From a virus: a stretch of 64,000 nucleotides of DNA. A model generated the notes under the pieces. That model was not told the DNA's origin. It saw nothing but the letters and a program-made list of their open reading frames with translations, and made no database searches. The stretch lies in the IMG/VR virus record IMGVR_UViG_3300037264_000690, positions 1 through 64,000 of that record; one strand, 5' to 3'. The translations under genes and the position numbers were made by a program. Every line of letters begins with the position of its first letter. The stretch's first letter is position 1. Of this stretch, positions 1 to 7,906 are shown in pieces.

Positions 1-33
1 GACGCAGCGCAGCTCGCCGGTACAGCTAACGCA

Positions 34-741
34 ATGGTTAACCTCGCTCCGATGGCTAAAAGGTATATGGCACGAAGTGGCCTAACTGACCCTGTTGCCG
101 CTGCTGAAAGTTTTAGCAAAAAACCTAGGATGAAACAACTCGTACAAGCCCATTACAACAGAGGTGTCGATAAGGCGATTGGCGAGATGCCATCTGATCT
201 AAATAAGGTCAGAGGTCAAGTTGGCCAGGGCATCAATCGCTTTGGTCAGATGGCTAGTAGAAATCCACGCACCACGCTTACTGCAGCGGCAGCTCTACCA
301 GTTGCTTACGGTCTCTACCGTGGCGGTAAGGCCCTCTTTGGCGGTGGTAAGAAGAAGGAAGAAGAACAAGTGAAGCCCGCTGCTTCAATTATGAGCAACA
401 ATCTTCTGGATGTCCTGGCCTTCAGCATGGAGACGGCTGAGAAGCAAGCTGGTATGCGATTTGTCAAGCGAGGTCAAGGTGTGGCACCTGCTCCGTCGCC
501 AGCCAAGTCGTTTGGCATGCAGGGTGCGGCACCGGCTCCGACTCCTCCGCCAGCCAAGTCGTTTGGCATGCAGGGTGCGGCACCTGCTCCGCAAGCGGGT
601 CAGAGGCCAGCGCCGCCACAGCTGCCACAAGCACCGATACCCAACATGACAAACATTCAGGCTACAAGGCCAGCACCTGCAGCGTCAGCTCCACCAACCA
701 AGTCGTTTGGCATCCCATCGCAACCTGCTCCCGGCTTCTAA
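34..741 (+). CDS. Pro/Ala-rich putative virion (head-internal) protein with K-x-A motif; probably starts before the window
   Basis: Frame is open from position 1; has a hydrophobic Gly/Ala helix, EKQAG and a low-complexity tail. Confidence 0.6.
   Translation: MVNLAPMAKRYMARSGLTDPVAAAESFSKKPRMKQLVQAHYNRGVDKAIGEMPSDLNKVRGQVGQGINRFGQMASRNPRTTLTAAAALPVAYGLYRGGKALFGGGKKKEEEQVKPAASIMSNNLLDVLAFSMETAEKQAGMRFVKRGQGVAPAPSPAKSFGMQGAAPAPTPPPAKSFGMQGAAPAPQAGQRPAPPQLPQAPIPNMTNIQATRPAPAASAPPTKSFGIPSQPAPGF
484..591 (+). repeat. 51-nt period intragenic tandem repeat (PAKSFGMQGAAPAP x2, partial third copy near 698)
   Basis: ccagccaagtcgtttggcatgcagggtgcggcacc at ~499 and ~550. Confidence 0.9.
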
Positions 742-788
742 GTTGGCGGCCGAGCAAAGTAATGCCATTTCACCTACCAAGCCACTTC

Positions 789-820
789 AGGGCCACCTTC
801 GGGTGGCCCTGTCTGTTTGT
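789..820 (+). terminator. Intrinsic terminator
   Basis: AGGGCCACC-TTCG-GGTGGCCCT followed by a T-rich tail. Confidence 0.75.
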
Positions 821-830
821 TAAAAAGCAG

Positions 831-858
831 TAAAATTGCTGCTGGAATGCGTCATTAT
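831..858 (+). promoter_or_regulatory. Class-A promoter-like motif TAAAA-N13-GCGTCATTAT
   Basis: One of six copies with conserved spacing. Confidence 0.7.
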
Positions 859-929
859 ATCTTGAAGAGATTTATCTCTTCATTGAGACGTTGCGGCGTC
901 TCGTGTCCATCCTTTGTAATAGCCTGCTT

Positions 930-1008
930 TTTAGCCTTGCAAATATAAGACTTCTGAGTAAAAATCTACTGCAGGAGGCCAAACATGAAGATCACCGAAA
1001 TCCGTGTC
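930..1008 (+). repeat. 79-bp exact direct repeat, copy 1 (spoVG promoter, RBS, first 8 codons)
   Basis: Identical to 1862-1940. Confidence 0.95.
957..970. promoter_or_regulatory. Palindromic AGTA-N6-TACT box (second copy at 1889-1902)
   Basis: AGTA-AAAATC-TACT overlaps a -10-like TAAAAAT and lies just before GGAGG. Confidence 0.6.
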
Positions 1009-1047
1009 CCGACCACTGGTTTCAAGGTCGGTGGCGGCCTAAAGTAA
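985..1047 (+). pseudogene. Chimeric mini-[11 protein letters not shown]+PTTGFKVGGGLK (spoVG 5' end fused to the 3' end of an ORF 34-741 homolog)
   Basis: First 8 codons match spoVG; the rest aligns to 724-762 (PAPGF*VGGRAK*). Confidence 0.75.
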
Positions 1048-1074
1048 AGCCGCTTTACCTTACCAAGCTACTCT

Positions 1075-1104
1075 GGGGCTACCTTCGGGTGGCCCCTTCT
1101 GTTG
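1075..1104 (+). terminator. Intrinsic terminator, diverged copy of 789-820
   Basis: GGGGCTACC-TTCG-GGTGGCCCC + TTCTGTT. Confidence 0.75.
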
Positions 1105-1106
1105 GC

Positions 1107-1135
1107 TAAAAAATAGCCCCGAAAGGTGTCATTAT
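1107..1135 (+). promoter_or_regulatory. Class-A promoter-like motif
   Basis: TAAAA-N14-GTGTCATTAT. Confidence 0.65.
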
Positions 1136-1233
1136 TGGGTGCAACGGTTTATCACCAACCAGTGCCGAGGCCGGCAAGCCTCGGCGATCTACCTCAACTC
1201 GTGGTGACTCTCTTTTATCCTTGAGGATGCAAC

Positions 1234-1854
1234 ATGAACCCCATCGTTCGAGACTTCCACCAGCTGTACTACGGATCGGATGTCTGGTTCCGCACGAACT
1301 GGCTGGGTGTTCCCGCTCAAAAGAACCCGCTTGATTTGTGGATCTACCAGGAGATCATCTACAACAAACGCCCGGATTTGATCGTGGAGTGTGGCACCGC
1401 TGATGGCGGCAGCGCTTTGTTCCTCGCTTCAATCCTCGACCTGCTTGGTCATGGGAAGGTTGTCACCATTGATGTGCTGAAAAAGCCCAGGCCACAGCAT
1501 CCACGGATTCATTACATCCATGGCTCGTCGACCGATCCCGCCGTTATCACTGAAGTCGAAGGCATCGCTACGAACTCTCAATCAACGATGGTCATCCTCG
1601 ACTCCAACCACACCTATCCTCACGTCTTGAAAGAGATTCACAGCTATCATCGGCTCGTGACGCTGAACAACTACCTGATCGTGGAGGACACGCAGATCGG
1701 CAACCCTGTTTGTCCCGGCGAGGTGCCAGGTCCAGCAGAGGCTGTCGCTGAGTTTCTGCGGACGAATGACCAGTTCACCGTCGACAAGAGTCGGGAGAAA
1801 TTCCACTTCACCTTCAACCCCGGTGGCTATCTACTTCGATGCAAGGTGCCGTAG
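1234..1854 (+). CDS. CmcI / cephalosporin-hydroxylase-family SAM methyltransferase
   Basis: WLGVP..KNPLDLWIYQEII...PDLIVECGT..GGSA, VILDSNH, YLIVEDT, TFNPGGYL. Confidence 0.85.
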   Translation: MNPIVRDFHQLYYGSDVWFRTNWLGVPAQKNPLDLWIYQEIIYNKRPDLIVECGTADGGSALFLASILDLLGHGKVVTIDVLKKPRPQHPRIHYIHGSSTDPAVITEVEGIATNSQSTMVILDSNHTYPHVLKEIHSYHRLVTLNNYLIVEDTQIGNPVCPGEVPGPAEAVAEFLRTNDQFTVDKSREKFHFTFNPGGYLLRCKVP

Positions 1855-1861
1855 GTCGCGA

Positions 1862-1940
1862 TTTAGCCTTGCAAATATAAGACTTCTGAGTAAAAATCTA
1901 CTGCAGGAGGCCAAACATGAAGATCACCGAAATCCGTGTC
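1862..1940 (+). repeat. 79-bp exact direct repeat, copy 2
   Basis: Identical to 930-1008. Confidence 0.95.
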
Positions 1941-2372
1941 AAACTCATTGACGACAAGTCGGACAGCCGCCTGCGGTCGTTCTGTTCAATCACCATGGAC
2001 GACAGCTTCGTGGTCCGTGACCTGAAGGTCATCGATGGTACGAAGGGTCTGTTCGTGGCCATGCCAAGTCGGAAGCTCACTGATCGTTGCCCTGACTGTG
2101 GTTATAAGAACCACCTTCGTGCTTACTACTGCAATAACTGCGGTGAGCACCTGAAGGATGATCGGGCATCGATTGATGATGATGGGCGTGCGAAGCTGCA
2201 TGCCGATATCGCTCATCCGATCAACAGCACCTGTCGTGACTCAATTCAGCGGGCAGTCATCGAGGCTTATCACGAGGAGCGCGAGCTGTCCAAACAGCCA
2301 GGCTATGTCTGCGGCTATGATGATCCAGATGACCAGGTTGCGCACGATAACCCAAAGCGTGACAGCCGTTGA
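1917..2372 (+). CDS. spoVG: SpoVG-family nucleic-acid-binding protein with Zn-ribbon insertion
   Basis: [37 protein letters not shown]; CxxC...CxxC insert. Confidence 0.9.
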   Translation: MKITEIRVKLIDDKSDSRLRSFCSITMDDSFVVRDLKVIDGTKGLFVAMPSRKLTDRCPDCGYKNHLRAYYCNNCGEHLKDDRASIDDDGRAKLHADIAHPINSTCRDSIQRAVIEAYHEERELSKQPGYVCGYDDPDDQVAHDNPKRDSR

Positions 2373-2390
2373 GAGGTACAAGGAGAAGAC

Positions 2391-2774
2391 ATGAGGTCAA
2401 TCCGCATCGATGATGTACACCCGAAGATTGGTGACATCATCCAGACCACCAGTGACTTTGTTGTGATCGAGAATATTGATGATAGCCAACAGCCAAGGTA
2501 TCACGCTCGATCAGTTAGAACTGGCCAGCGCACCATCATGTCGTTAAGTTCCATCCGAGGAATCATGATCCCTGTGAGTCAAGCAGCATCTGACCCTGCT
2601 CCGTTTGACACCACGCCACTGCCCGAAGCGTCTGCTGTGCCTGTTCAGCCGGCGGAGAAATCCAAGGGCTATGACATTGTCAAGGGAGTATTGAATCAAG
2701 TCAAGCGAGAGCAGGTGAAGAGACATCAGCATGTCCCATCGTCAACGTCGTCTCCAGCGATTACTCAGGAGTAA
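2391..2774 (+). CDS. Hypothetical protein
   Basis: ORF with AGGAG RBS. Confidence 0.6.
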   Translation: MRSIRIDDVHPKIGDIIQTTSDFVVIENIDDSQQPRYHARSVRTGQRTIMSLSSIRGIMIPVSQAASDPAPFDTTPLPEASAVPVQPAEKSKGYDIVKGVLNQVKREQVKRHQHVPSSTSSPAITQE

Positions 2775-2780
2775 ATCACA

Positions 2781-3452
2781 TTGAACGGCAACATAGAAAT
2801 GCACGCGCCCGACATCACTCGCGATCGTATTGTCTGTATTGTCGGTGGCTGCATAGTCAACCTGAGTCATGGCGTTTTGGAACGATTCTCCGATCCAGGT
2901 GCGGTGTGGATCCGCATGGTGCCAGCTGAGCTGAACGAGTTCGAGAAGGTCAACCCAACGGTATACCCGCATGAGCGAGACGTCCGCGTCATACATGACT
3001 TCTATGTTGGCACGGTTGAGGAGATCGTGACTGACTTTCGAGCTAAGTTGGTGGCCGCGTGGGATCACATGACGTGTAAACCGAGCGACGGTCAACCACA
3101 GCTGAACCTCCCAGCCTTTGGCGAGCCGAGCATGAGGAAACAGACTGAGGTGCTGGAACGACACGGCCTCAATCGCTTCGTCGTTGGTCCCGAGCTAATA
3201 GCTGATAGGAATGACCTGAATGAGCGTGAGGAACGCCGCAATAAACTCGATAAGGTCGAGACCAATCAAGACGCCTGGACTCGTTGGGAGCTGATGCGGA
3301 TCGTGGCTCAGTTTAACGGTCGATACCACAGTGATAACACCAGCACGAGCAACTGTCCGACCGATAACCCGTCGGCGGTTCAGAAACTTATCGACGCACT
3401 TACGGTCCTTAAAAAGGACCGTGATGCGCTTGATAAGAGTCGTGAGGACTAA
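2781..3452 (+). CDS. Hypothetical protein
   Basis: ORF with AGGAG RBS, TTG start. Confidence 0.6.
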   Translation: MNGNIEMHAPDITRDRIVCIVGGCIVNLSHGVLERFSDPGAVWIRMVPAELNEFEKVNPTVYPHERDVRVIHDFYVGTVEEIVTDFRAKLVAAWDHMTCKPSDGQPQLNLPAFGEPSMRKQTEVLERHGLNRFVVGPELIADRNDLNEREERRNKLDKVETNQDAWTRWELMRIVAQFNGRYHSDNTSTSNCPTDNPSAVQKLIDALTVLKKDRDALDKSRED

Positions 3453-3485
3453 TATGCAACTTATATTACCCAGGAGAGAACACCA

Positions 3486-4058
3486 ATGAAGACGCTGTAT
3501 CTCCCGGTCGGCTTGCCTCAGTCCGGCAAGTCGACTTGGGCGCGCCAGCAAGGCGTACCCATCGTCAACCCCGACAGCATCAGGCTGGCCATACATGGCC
3601 AGCCTTTTTTCGCACCTGCTGAGCCGTTAGTGTGGGCCACTGCCAAAATTATGGTCCGCTCGCTCTTCACAGCGGGGCACAACAACGTCATCCTGGACGC
3701 CACTAGCGTCACCAAGTCGAGACGCGATCAGTGGAACTCAACGGAGTGGGCGTGCCGCTACGTCGTCTTCAACACGGACCCGGACGTCTGCATCAAGCGT
3801 GCTGGCGACAATACCGTGCTCGTCCGAGTCATACATCGGATGGTCGGTGAGTATGAGCGCGTTGACATCACGGACAACTGGATGGCGCCCAAACCGATCG
3901 AACACGACCGCGTCTTTGAGGTCCTAACCTGTGGCTGCCCACGACGTGTCCTGTCTGTCGACGAGGGCTGGCAGCCCGAGTATGGCCACCCCTCTCTCAC
4001 GGATATGGAACGGCACAATGCCCACCGTTACGTGACCGTTGAATCGAAAAAGCCTTGA
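3486..4058 (+). CDS. P-loop kinase, AAA_33 / polynucleotide-kinase-like
   Basis: GLPQSGKST, PDSIR, VILDAT, lid CIKRA. Confidence 0.8.
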   Translation: MKTLYLPVGLPQSGKSTWARQQGVPIVNPDSIRLAIHGQPFFAPAEPLVWATAKIMVRSLFTAGHNNVILDATSVTKSRRDQWNSTEWACRYVVFNTDPDVCIKRAGDNTVLVRVIHRMVGEYERVDITDNWMAPKPIEHDRVFEVLTCGCPRRVLSVDEGWQPEYGHPSLTDMERHNAHRYVTVESKKP

Positions 4059-4082
4059 CTCGTTATCTGTTTTGTGTATCAT
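4055..4082 (+). promoter_or_regulatory. Sigma70-like promoter
   Basis: TTGACT...TGTGTATCAT upstream of the PTH2-like gene and the tRNA-like array. Confidence 0.55.
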
Positions 4083-4113
4083 TTATGTCAGAAGGAGATC
4101 AATCATGTTGTAG

Positions 4114-4494
4114 ATGCACGAAGAGCAAACTGCTGTGACCGAGACACCGATCGAGCATGTCTACGCTGTCGTCTGTAAGGACATCCCCTTGCAGCACCAA
4201 GCTGTCCAAGCCTGTCACGCCTGTATTGCTGCTGGTCGAGAGATCATCAGCATCCCCACTCCTTACCTCGTTGTCCTCACTGTGCCCGATGAAGCTGCGC
4301 TCATAGCGTTGAGCAACAAGCTCAATGACAATGGCGTGCAGCATCGTGTATTCCGTGAGGATGATATGGGTGGTCGTGCTACAGCCTTGGCAACCCAGAA
4401 CCTGAATCACCGTCAGCGTGACTTGTTCATAGGCATCAAGCTCTATCGCACGGAGAAGAAGCCATTCCGTCGACGGTTTAGTCGGCGGCGTTGA
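4114..4494 (+). CDS. Peptidyl-tRNA hydrolase 2 (PTH2)-like protein
   Basis: YAVVCKD...AVQACHA...LVVLTV.DE..L...FREDD....TALA pattern. Confidence 0.7.
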   Translation: MHEEQTAVTETPIEHVYAVVCKDIPLQHQAVQACHACIAAGREIISIPTPYLVVLTVPDEAALIALSNKLNDNGVQHRVFREDDMGGRATALATQNLNHRQRDLFIGIKLYRTEKKPFRRRFSRRR

Positions 4495-4502
4495 AACTCG
4501 TA

Positions 4503-4579
4503 GGCGGTGTAGTGGAGTAGGTTACCACGCCTGACCCTATATGGGTCAGGAGAAGAGGGTTCAAGTCCTTCCACCGCCC
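4503..4579 (+). ncRNA. tRNA-like RNA 1; anticodon arm is an 8-bp stem with a 5-nt TATAT loop
   Basis: Acceptor GGCGGTG/CACCGCC, D stem GTGG/CCAC, T arm GAGGG-TTCAAGT-CCTTC. Confidence 0.8.
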
Positions 4580-4583
4580 ACAA

Positions 4584-4675
4584 GATCGGGTAGCTCAGTT
4601 GGCTAGAGCAATGCCACGCCGGACATCGATAGGTGTAAGGCAGGCAGGTCGCAGGTTCGAATCCTGCCCCGATCG
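4584..4675 (+). ncRNA. tRNA-like RNA 2; anticodon arm extended by ~18 nt into an irregular hairpin
   Basis: Acceptor GATCGGG/CCCGATC, D stem GCTC/GAGC, T arm GCAGG-TTCGAAT-CCTGC. Confidence 0.8.
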
Positions 4676-4685
4676 CTGCCTGTAA

Positions 4686-4762
4686 GGTCGGGTAGCTCAG
4701 TTGAGATTATAGAGCACTGCTGTGCACAGCAGAGGTCGTAGGTTCAAGTCCTACCCCGACCA
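4686..4762 (+). ncRNA. tRNA-like RNA 3; anticodon arm is the perfect palindrome CTGCTGTGCACAGCAG (6-nt loop)
   Basis: Acceptor GGTCGGG/CCCGACC, 13-nt D loop without GG, T arm GTAGG-TTCAAGT-CCTAC. Confidence 0.8.
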
Positions 4763-4767
4763 CTTTT

Positions 4768-4850
4768 GGGTGAGTAGCTCAGTGGTAGAGCGCTGCTACA
4801 GCCGCAAGGCCATGGGCAGAGGTCGACGTGTTCAACTCCGTCCTCACCCG
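4768..4850 (+). ncRNA. tRNA-like RNA 4; anticodon arm extended and capped by a GCAA (GNRA) tetraloop
   Basis: Acceptor GGGTGAG/CTCACCC, D stem GCTC/GAGC, bulged T stem with TTCAACT loop. Confidence 0.8.
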
Positions 4851-4854
4851 TTTA

Positions 4855-4927
4855 CCTGTCGTAGCTCAACTGGTAGAGCAGGAGGTTCTAAACTTCCATG
4901 ATGCGGGTTCGAATCCCGCCGACGGGT
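4855..4927 (+). tRNA. Amber suppressor tRNA (anticodon CUA)
   Basis: Canonical cloverleaf; GGAGG-TT[CTA]AA-CTTCC; no encoded CCA. Confidence 0.85.
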
Positions 4928-4930
4928 CTG

Positions 4931-4967
4931 AAGGCTGGCATCACAAGATGCTGGCCTTCTTCGTTTA
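4931..4967 (+). terminator. Intrinsic terminator after the array
   Basis: AAGGCTGGCATC-ACAA-GATGCTGGCCTT + CTTCGTTT. Confidence 0.65.
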
Positions 4968-4993
4968 CAATGTCTATCTAAAGGAGGAATGTT

Positions 4994-5227
4994 ATGTGGA
5001 ATGATCACGAGAATGATAGCTGGTGGTTGGCCCTGCTGATTGTCGGCGTACTGCTCTTCACTGGCGTCTTCACCGTCGTCAAGGCATCATTCAAGGCGAA
5101 TGCCTACTACAACGTCACTGGCAAGCACGTCTCGACCTGGGATGCCATCTGGCTCGACCTGCGAGTGCAGGAGCCGACTGAGGCTGCTCCAGTCAAGTCA
5201 GCCCCGCCTACCACCAAGAAGGATTAA
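4994..5227 (+). CDS. Small membrane protein
   Basis: AGGAGG RBS; one TM segment. Confidence 0.7.
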   Translation: MWNDHENDSWWLALLIVGVLLFTGVFTVVKASFKANAYYNVTGKHVSTWDAIWLDLRVQEPTEAAPVKSAPPTTKKD

Positions 5228-5228
5228 C

Positions 5229-5381
5229 ATGGCCGATCAAAAGCAGCTCATCTGTTGGCTGTGCAAGCAGCCCATCAAGCCGAACAAAGTTCACTTCCAG
5301 GGCGGTCAGACCACGCATCCTGCGCACAAGAAATGTCTGATCGAGATCAAACCATCCAAACGCCACGGAGGAGGTATCTGA
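5229..5381 (+). CDS. Small Zn-finger-like protein
   Basis: CWLC...HKKC; AAGGA RBS. Confidence 0.55.
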   Translation: MADQKQLICWLCKQPIKPNKVHFQGGQTTHPAHKKCLIEIKPSKRHGGGI

Positions 5382-5528
5382 TCATGCTTCACCACGGTAT
5401 GAAGCCCAAGGATGAATCTAGCGATGGCTGACATCTACACCCACGACTCGTTGAAGCCAAGACGGTTTTACAAGATCGGCGTTGGCATTGTTGATATAGA
5501 TGGCAACCCCATTCAAAAGGAGAAGAAT

Positions 5529-6173
5529 ATGTACGAACGGTTCACCGACCGAGCCCGCAAGGTCATGCAGCTGGCCAACCTGCAGGCTCAGCGTCTCAAC
5601 CACGAGTACATCAGCACCGAGCATCTGCTGCTTGGTCTACTCATGGAGTCGAGTGGCGTCGCCACTAACGTCCTACGTCGCCTGGGTCTTGACTTGGCTA
5701 AGTGCCGCGCCGAGTGTCTCAAGATCGTCCAGCCCGGCCTCGGCCCCGGCCCCGACGTTATGACCATGGGCAAGTTGCCCATGACGCCTCGCATCAAGGG
5801 CTGCATTGAGCAAGCCATTCAAGCTGCCCGAGACCTCGGCCACAACCACGTGAGCACCGAGCACCTGCTTCTGGGCTTGTGTAGCGAGTCGGAAGGCATT
5901 GCTGCCCAGGTGCTCAAGAACTTCGGCGTCACCATGGAGGTGATCAAGGCGGAAGTCCTCAACCTGATTGGTATAGACACCAAGACGGATAAGGCCCGGG
6001 AAAATAGTGACCTGACTAGGTCGTTGCGGTGCCATGGTAACCTGCTACGCAATAGCACCAAGGTATGGCTAACCCAGTGGATCGGCGACCGTCATATCTG
6101 CAACTCCGAGAACTGCTCCGTCTGTGAAGCCTGGGAGGCTTACGACGTGCTGTTCCGACAACAAATGGAGTAA
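5529..6173 (+). CDS. Stand-alone ClpC-type N-terminal (double Clp_N) domain protein with a Cys/His tail; no AAA domain
   Basis: MYERFTDRARKVMQLA...HEYISTEHLLLGL, second TEHLLLGL repeat; AAGGAG RBS before 5529. Confidence 0.85.
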   Translation: MYERFTDRARKVMQLANLQAQRLNHEYISTEHLLLGLLMESSGVATNVLRRLGLDLAKCRAECLKIVQPGLGPGPDVMTMGKLPMTPRIKGCIEQAIQAARDLGHNHVSTEHLLLGLCSESEGIAAQVLKNFGVTMEVIKAEVLNLIGIDTKTDKARENSDLTRSLRCHGNLLRNSTKVWLTQWIGDRHICNSENCSVCEAWEAYDVLFRQQME

Positions 6174-6175
6174 CA

Positions 6176-6505
6176 ATGAGCATCAATGACTATATGAATC
6201 ACCCCCAGGTCCAACTCTGCGATAAGTGTAGCGGTGAGTTGGAACCGGCGTCTTTATTGTTCAACGGTGTAGCAGAGCTAACTCGTGGCAACATGAAGAT
6301 CTGCTATCAGTGCTATCACAACAAGATCGAGGTTCGGGTTGCGCTAGAGCGACCGAAGGCCATGGCCCGAGTAGCAGCTGTGTTCAATGCGTGTGAGTGC
6401 AAATTACACCTGCAATCACAACATAGACACAGCCTGATCAAACCTGTCGAGGATATTGATGCTGGCTGGGATAACTGCATCAGGGCCTATGAGGAAGATC
6501 AGTGA
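6176..6505 (+). CDS. Hypothetical Zn-binding protein
   Basis: Two CxxC pairs. Confidence 0.55.
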   Translation: MSINDYMNHPQVQLCDKCSGELEPASLLFNGVAELTRGNMKICYQCYHNKIEVRVALERPKAMARVAAVFNACECKLHLQSQHRHSLIKPVEDIDAGWDNCIRAYEEDQ

Positions 6506-6526
6506 TGGAGTTGGAAAGGTGCTACG

Positions 6527-6859
6527 ATGAAGATCGTGTTATGGGAGATCTTGGTCCCCTGCAAAATGCGTGGCAAGCCGGTCCGTACACGCCACCATCG
6601 CGAATGGGACAAGCTCGTCCGCAAGATCACAGGCGGCCTGACCATTCTCAAGCCTGCCCGTGGTCAATGGGTTGAGCCCAATACCAAAGCGCTGCACGAG
6701 GAGCGTGTCATTCCGGTTCGGATTGCTTGCACACGTAAACAGATTGACCGGATCATAGACATCACCATTCGCCACTACGATCAGAAGGCTGTAATGGCGT
6801 ACTGTATCAGCATCGAGGTCATCATCAAACACAAAGAAGAGGTGGCTCATGGACCGTGA
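6527..6859 (+). CDS. Hypothetical phage protein
   Basis: GGLTI....GQW...EERVIPVRIAC; operon packing. Confidence 0.6.
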   Translation: MKIVLWEILVPCKMRGKPVRTRHHREWDKLVRKITGGLTILKPARGQWVEPNTKALHEERVIPVRIACTRKQIDRIIDITIRHYDQKAVMAYCISIEVIIKHKEEVAHGP

Positions 6860-7052
6860 GCGTCGGCAGTTGTCAACAAGTTCCGACGTTGTGCAACAGC
6901 GATCCAATCGCATCAAATCGTTGCAGCATTACTTCCTGACTAATCTGGTTGAAGACCCTGTTGATGGAACTGACTTCGATCGTACCGTCCTCGACAATCT
7001 TCAGGCCCTACACGACACGTTCTGCCCAACCAAAAGGCTGAGAGGTCAATGA
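6849..7052 (+). CDS. Hypothetical protein
   Basis: GAGG RBS, coupled to neighbours. Confidence 0.5.
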   Translation: MDRERRQLSTSSDVVQQRSNRIKSLQHYFLTNLVEDPVDGTDFDRTVLDNLQALHDTFCPTKRLRGQ

Positions 7053-7453
7053 TGAACTGGCTAGTCTTGCTTGTACTTTTGTTTGTGCTGCTGTTATTTT
7101 TGGTTGTGTGGCTTGTCTGTAAGTTATCTTGGTTGAATCAACGTAACAAGTTGCTGACCAAGAAAGTTACCGACCTGGATACCAACCTGAAATACTGTCG
7201 CACACTACTAAACAGTCGCAGCCGCGACACCACCATCGCTGAAGATAGAGCAAGGAAGAATCAAGATAGATGGATCAAATTTCGTCATGACATGATTCGA
7301 CTGTACGCCTTGCATGAATTTACTGTCGTTGGCAGCGCCGACGCCATGGAACGTGTGATTGAGTGGAACTCTATCACTGTTGGCGACCAGGCTGAGTGGC
7401 TGCAGCGCGGCACTGAGTTTGTCGAACGTAACTATGGCTCGCTCATAGGGTAA
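7049..7453 (+). CDS. Membrane-anchored coiled-coil protein
   Basis: N-terminal TM segment. Confidence 0.6.
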   Translation: MMNWLVLLVLLFVLLLFLVVWLVCKLSWLNQRNKLLTKKVTDLDTNLKYCRTLLNSRSRDTTIAEDRARKNQDRWIKFRHDMIRLYALHEFTVVGSADAMERVIEWNSITVGDQAEWLQRGTEFVERNYGSLIG

Positions 7454-7468
7454 CAAACTCGTTTAATA

Positions 7469-7906
7469 GTGGAGGACACGATGAAGCATGATACAACAGT
7501 CATATCTGTAAGAGCACATGTTGATAACCTCATTGTGCCTGTTGTGCAAGCGCTGCTAGCTTTCCCGGAGATCTCAACCCTATACTCATGTCAGGGCAGT
7601 CAACCTAAAACAATGGTGCTGCCGTGGTCCTGGGAGAAGGACGCAGCTTACGTCGTTGTATTGGTTGGCAAAGGTACGGCTATCGAGAACGCCGTCTTCT
7701 TTGATTATCTGCTAAGTCAAATCTTGACTTGCAGTGCAACTACACGTATTGCACTCACCTCATCGATGGGTGCTACACAGTTGGAGTTTCGGATGCGTCA
7801 GGATGAGATCGATAGCGTGGTTCAATGGCTTAAATCGATTAGGCGTGACTGGCTTGGGTTGGTGAATGAACACGATAAACGGTGGGCTAAAATCCAGGCA
7901 CAATAG
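7469..7906 (+). CDS. Hypothetical protein
   Basis: TLYSCQG motif; ORF in operon. Confidence 0.55.
   Translation: MEDTMKHDTTVISVRAHVDNLIVPVVQALLAFPEISTLYSCQGSQPKTMVLPWSWEKDAAYVVVLVGKGTAIENAVFFDYLLSQILTCSATTRIALTSSMGATQLEFRMRQDEIDSVVQWLKSIRRDWLGLVNEHDKRWAKIQAQ

Noticed and set aside
957-970. NtcA/CRP-type box
   Set aside because: NtcA is GTA-N8-TAC; the spacing here is consistently N6
930-1940. Insertion sequence or integrase-driven element bounded by the 79-bp repeats
   Set aside because: No transposase, integrase or terminal inverted repeats; the flanking diverged homology fits allele capture better
4584-4850. Archaeal-type bulge-helix-bulge introns or group I introns in the extended tRNAs
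   Set aside because: No 3-4-3 BHB geometry, far too short for group I, and I found no obvious excision restoring a U33-containing 7-nt loop
5412-5528. N-terminal extension of the Clp-N protein
   Set aside because: A strong RBS and the family start MYERFT point to ATG 5529
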